From contig VBAX01000049.1 of assembly GCA_005883075.1 (NCBI GenBank), positions 7,064 to 71,063 on the forward strand: a stretch of 64,000 bases of DNA. The letters run 5' to 3'. A program made the translations under genes and the position numbers. The DNA is from Candidatus Bathyarchaeota archaeon. Its GTDB lineage: Archaea > Thermoproteota > Bathyarchaeia > 40CM-2-53-6. The notes under the pieces were generated by a model. It was not told where the DNA came from, searched no databases, and saw only the letters and a list, made by a program, of their open reading frames with translations. Every line of letters begins with the position of its first letter. Within the stretch, counting starts at the first letter, position 1. Positions 60,970 through 64,000 of the stretch are shown piece after piece.

Positions 60970-61839
60970 ATGGAACGCTGCGCCGTCTGCGGGGCGGAAG
61001 AATTCATCCCCTACATATGCAGATACTGCGACCGCGTCCACTGCGTCCTCCACAGACTCCCCGAAAACCATGAGTGCCCCAACATCCAACAAGCACGAGC
61101 GCCGAAGCCTATTATCCGGGTCGAAGGACGCCAGAGCGGAGCGACCCTCAGAGTGATTCGCGCTCCAAGGTTGTCGACGATCTCTAATCGTGAGTTAACA
61201 GCTCTTCTTACGGCGTTAATGGTTCTTGGAATTAGTTTCTCAACGAGATACATGTTCTCCGGTTTGGTCGCTGCAAGTCCCGTAGCGTTTCTCGAGGTAT
61301 TTCTTCTAACACTCATAGTGATAGGAACAGGATTCATAGGACATGAATTGGCCCACAAATTCGTGGCTCAGAGATTTGGATGTTGGGCTGAGTTCAAACT
61401 ATGGACGGTTGGGGCTGTTATGGCTGTTCTTTTCGCGTTTGTCCCACCTGGAAACCTTGTCTTTGCTGCTCCAGGCGCTGTTTACATCGCATCAAGATCC
61501 AGCTATTTCGGTGAAGGAGTAGATAGGAAGGCGAACGGTGTAATTTCCCTCGTAGGTCCACTGGTTAACATTGGTGCAGCGGGACTCTTTGGGCTGGCAT
61601 TTCTGATCAGTTCACTTGCAGGCCTTGGCGATATCGTCATTAGCTCAGGCTCCGGGCTGGCTTTCAAGTTCCTGCAGGAGGGTGTGGCCATCAATCTTTG
61701 GCTAGGGGCATTCAACATGATACCGTTTTTCATACTCGACGGGCAGAAAGTTTTCACATGGGACCGTAGGGTTTGGGCCGCAGTCGCGATTCCGCTCTGG
61801 GCGGCTACCATAGCAATCTGGGTGCTACTTTTCGTCTGA
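60970..61839 (+). CDS. AN1-type zinc finger fused to M50 (site-2 protease) family metalloprotease
   Basis: 289-aa ORF. The AN1 finger is CAVCGAEEFIPYICRYCDRVHCVLHRLPENHEC. The TM domain has HELAHKFVAQRFG (HExxH) and FNMIPFFILDGQKV (the N..P...LDG motif of M50). Confidence 0.85.
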   Translation: MERCAVCGAEEFIPYICRYCDRVHCVLHRLPENHECPNIQQARAPKPIIRVEGRQSGATLRVIRAPRLSTISNRELTALLTALMVLGISFSTRYMFSGLVAASPVAFLEVFLLTLIVIGTGFIGHELAHKFVAQRFGCWAEFKLWTVGAVMAVLFAFVPPGNLVFAAPGAVYIASRSSYFGEGVDRKANGVISLVGPLVNIGAAGLFGLAFLISSLAGLGDIVISSGSGLAFKFLQEGVAINLWLGAFNMIPFFILDGQKVFTWDRRVWAAVAIPLWAATIAIWVLLFV

Positions 61840-61994
61840 ATTGCTTCTGAACCTCAAGACACTCTGTCCAAAAAAGCGATATTGTTGGCCGCACTTTGGG
61901 CATACAACCTCATTTTCCTTGTTAGGATCGACTTCGACACTGATCTCGTCTCCGCAGTTGCAGACGAAAGTAACGTTGTTCGAGCTCAAGCTTG

Positions 61995-63037
61995 TCAATT
62001 CAACTGGCTTACCACGGGACGACTATGCTTCGGTTTCCAGAGCTTGGGATATGCGTCGGTGGGCATGATCACCCTAACTGTCTTCGCGGCAAGCCCTCGT
62101 TCATCCTTCATCATCTGCTCTGTTCCCATGAGTGCTCTTGATAACCCGACGAGTTCTCCTTTGAGCGTGAAAACTGCGATCGCAGTCTTGGGACGTATTC
62201 CCTCAGTTAGCTTGACTATCCCTGGAATAGCAAGGTCAGCGCCGTGGCATATTGAACTGACCGCGGAGTCACGAATGTAGATTCGCGGAACATAGTCAAA
62301 AGCGGCCTCCATAGGCCTAACGATTTGCCGGACCATCTCTTCCCTCTCGCTCGGGGAAGCTTGAGAAAGTTTGAAGACATCGTAGAGAGAGTGGATGCCC
62401 TTTTCAGTAAAAGATCCAGATCTTGTTCTTCGGAGCTCTCGCATGTGCGCGCCTACTTCGAGAACTTCCCCGACATCGTAGACAAGTTTCCGGATGTAAG
62501 TTCCCGCTTGACAAGCGACACGGAAGAGAACTTGTCGTCCATCAACTTCCACTTCATCGATCGAGTAGATTGTTCTTTTCCGTACTTCCCTCTTGACCGC
62601 AGCTCTCACAGGAGGCTTCTGAAATATGTCACCGACAAACTCCTCCAGTACACCGCGGAGTCTTGTCTCATCGACGTCGCCGTGCATCGTCATTAGGCAG
62701 ACGTACTCCTTCCCGGTGAGGAGGAATACCTGGATCGTCTTCGTAGCGTCTTCGAGAGCTAGCGGAAGAACACCGGTGACCATTGGATTACTCCGGCCCC
62801 GAACCGGACCTCTAGAGTTCCACCGTGGCCAGCGTGGCGCAACCGCAGGAGACGTTTGACCCATGCAACGACTTCGTGGCTTGACGGACCTGAAGGCTTG
62901 TCCAGGTTGATCAAGCCGAATCTGATGTGCTGATCAATCGTCCTTTTCTCTGGCGGACACCCTAAAGCCGGGTCCGTCTCGTCATCGAGTTTGATGAGCA
63001 GTTTCTGTGACTTATTCCAGGGAGCCTGTTGTGACAT
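61995..63037 (-). CDS. cbf5: H/ACA RNP pseudouridine synthase Cbf5, interrupted by a 23-nt insert (exon 1 63037..62811, exon 2 62787..61995)
   Basis: Track ORFs 62759..63037 and 61995..62864 carry the N- and C-parts. Joined after removing 62788..62810, they give 339 codons with [49 protein letters not shown] and a C-terminal PUA domain ([15 protein letters not shown]). Confidence 0.9.
62788..62810 (-). other. putative mRNA intron in cbf5 (splicing-endonuclease type)
   Basis: Minus-strand GGTCCGGTTCGGGGCCGGAGTAA. Its length is not a multiple of 3. Excision fuses GA|T into GAT (Asp) within GTLDP. It contains the stem TCCGG/CCGGA. The boundary can slide 1 nt without changing the product. Confidence 0.7.
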
Positions 63038-63153
63038 CCGATTTTTTCTCCAGCAGAGACGGAGCGGTTTCTGGTTCTTAAACTGTCATAGCCGAAGAAC
63101 TCGCCGGTCCGTACCAGTAAGGATAGGATCGGCTGATCTTTGACGGGTTCGCT

Positions 63154-63450
63154 CTACGCTGCCACGCTTATCTCTTTGATTGTGACGATCTCTTTCAGGT
63201 AGTTCGTCTTCTTCGCCTTTTCCGCTACCTTGGCGACATCCTCGTCAGCTGCACCCTTCTTGATCTCGATGGTTTCCGCAGTCGGTTCCACATGTTTAAC
63301 ATTGGTTCGGCGGCGACGGACTCCGTTCACTTTCTTCGGTCCAGTAATTAGAACAAAGTTCTTGTCGATGACGTCGACTATGACGCATTTGTGGCCGGCT
63401 TCCCGTCCGTTGAGTTTGACGCAGACGCGTCCGACTTCGATTGTTGGCAC
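63154..63450 (-). CDS. rpl14e: 50S ribosomal protein L14e (eL14)
   Basis: 98-aa ORF with MPTIEVGRVCVKLNGREAGHKCVIVDVIDKNFVLITGPKKVNGVRRRRTNVKHVEPT. Confidence 0.9.
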   Translation of the reverse strand: MPTIEVGRVCVKLNGREAGHKCVIVDVIDKNFVLITGPKKVNGVRRRRTNVKHVEPTAETIEIKKGAADEDVAKVAEKAKKTNYLKEIVTIKEISVAA

Positions 63451-63571
63451 AGTCTCACTTCTGGGGCTTCGTCAAGCGCCGATAGAATACTTCATTTAAG
63501 GTTTCGTCGTTGCGCTCACTCGGCAAGCCGAGCTAATCGCGTCCGTTGAAAAAAATGTTCTAAGAAACTGT

Positions 63572-63994
63572 CTAGTGCTTGAGAGTTGGACGCGACCTTG
63601 CGACTATCTCTCTCGCGGCCATAACCTGGCGCGGATACTCCTTACCTCTTCCCGATAGTCTCTTGTCCGCCTTGTGGGCCTCCAGCTTCGATGTAATGTA
63701 GTTGACAGCCTTGTGTATGTCGAATTGCTTGCAGCTGAAAATGTCCATGAACGCATGCTTGTTGTCTGGGAAGGTATGAATACTGATGTGGCTCTCTGCA
63801 ATGATCACGAAGCCACTGATCCCCCACTCTGTCGGATTCCCCTTCGGTTTGTACACGAATACGTACGGCGCGGTGATCTTGTGCATGTCGATCACATCCG
63901 GAAGCTCGTCTAGGAGATCGTAGATGTAAGAAAGGTCAGAGAGCCTTTCAGGATTACACTCTGACAAATCCAGTGTAAGATGAGGTCCGAACAT
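63572..63994 (-). CDS. speH: pyruvoyl-dependent S-adenosylmethionine decarboxylase proenzyme (SpeH type; the arginine-decarboxylase paralogue cannot be excluded)
   Basis: 140-aa ORF with FGPHLTLDLSECN and the self-processing site ISGFVIIAE|SHISIHTFPD, then AFMDIFSC. Confidence 0.85.
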   Translation of the reverse strand: MFGPHLTLDLSECNPERLSDLSYIYDLLDELPDVIDMHKITAPYVFVYKPKGNPTEWGISGFVIIAESHISIHTFPDNKHAFMDIFSCKQFDIHKAVNYITSKLEAHKADKRLSGRGKEYPRQVMAAREIVARSRPTLKH

Positions 63995-64000
63995 TTCTGG

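Noticed and set aside
1-64000. Search for CRISPR arrays, transposases, integrases, rRNA genes and inteins.
   Set aside because: I saw no regularly spaced short direct repeats outside the protein-coding PKD region. I saw no ORF with integrase, transposase or Cas-like motifs and no rRNA-like sequence. PolD DP2 is of normal length with no intein. I also noticed no direct repeat of either tRNA 3' end, although a by-eye scan is not exhaustive.

Overview
Gene-dense archaeal chromosome segment. Archaeal markers are the DNA polymerase D large subunit, AdkA, archaeal Cmk, eL34, eL14, the uL15-SecY string, Cbf5, SpeH and intron-bearing tRNAs. I call about 60 protein genes, 2 tRNAs, 1 frameshifted amidase, 1 decayed gene remnant, 2 dispersed repeat families, 1 intragenic supra-repeat and 1 unassigned structured-RNA candidate. 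Positions 1-35 kb are mostly housekeeping and metabolic genes: PanD, Prs, ribokinase-like, PolD, Dpo4, RidA, threonine dehydratase-like, and cmk-L34e-DUF106-adk-secY-L15. Positions 35.25-60.55 kb form a 25-kb accessory-looking block bracketed by tRNA-Leu(GAG) and tRNA-Ser(GGA), with both tRNA 3' ends pointing inward. The block holds four tandem paralogues of an RHH plus unknown-domain protein. It also holds a 20-kb co-directional array: a GT4-wHTH glycosyltransferase, a GH57-like enzyme and two APH-fold kinases, interleaved with three membrane-anchored PKD-repeat proteins. Two of the PKD proteins carry N-terminal phosphoesterase domains, and one is 2012 aa with 18 PKD units. The array ends with an ABC exporter and a stand-alone OLD-family ATPase/Toprim nuclease. 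The strongest sequence-level observations follow. (1) cbf5 is interrupted by a 23-nt insert inside the catalytic Asp codon, most simply an mRNA intron. (2) Both tRNAs carry intervening sequences at non-canonical positions, so the window holds three putative splicing-endonuclease substrates. (3) The conserved SecY N-terminus/TM1 lies upstream of any ATG/GTG/TTG. (4) Two families of about 80-105-nt dispersed intergenic repeats and a 12-mer/palindrome motif cluster next to the RHH paralogues. All functional calls come from motif recognition by eye. No searches or folding programs were run.
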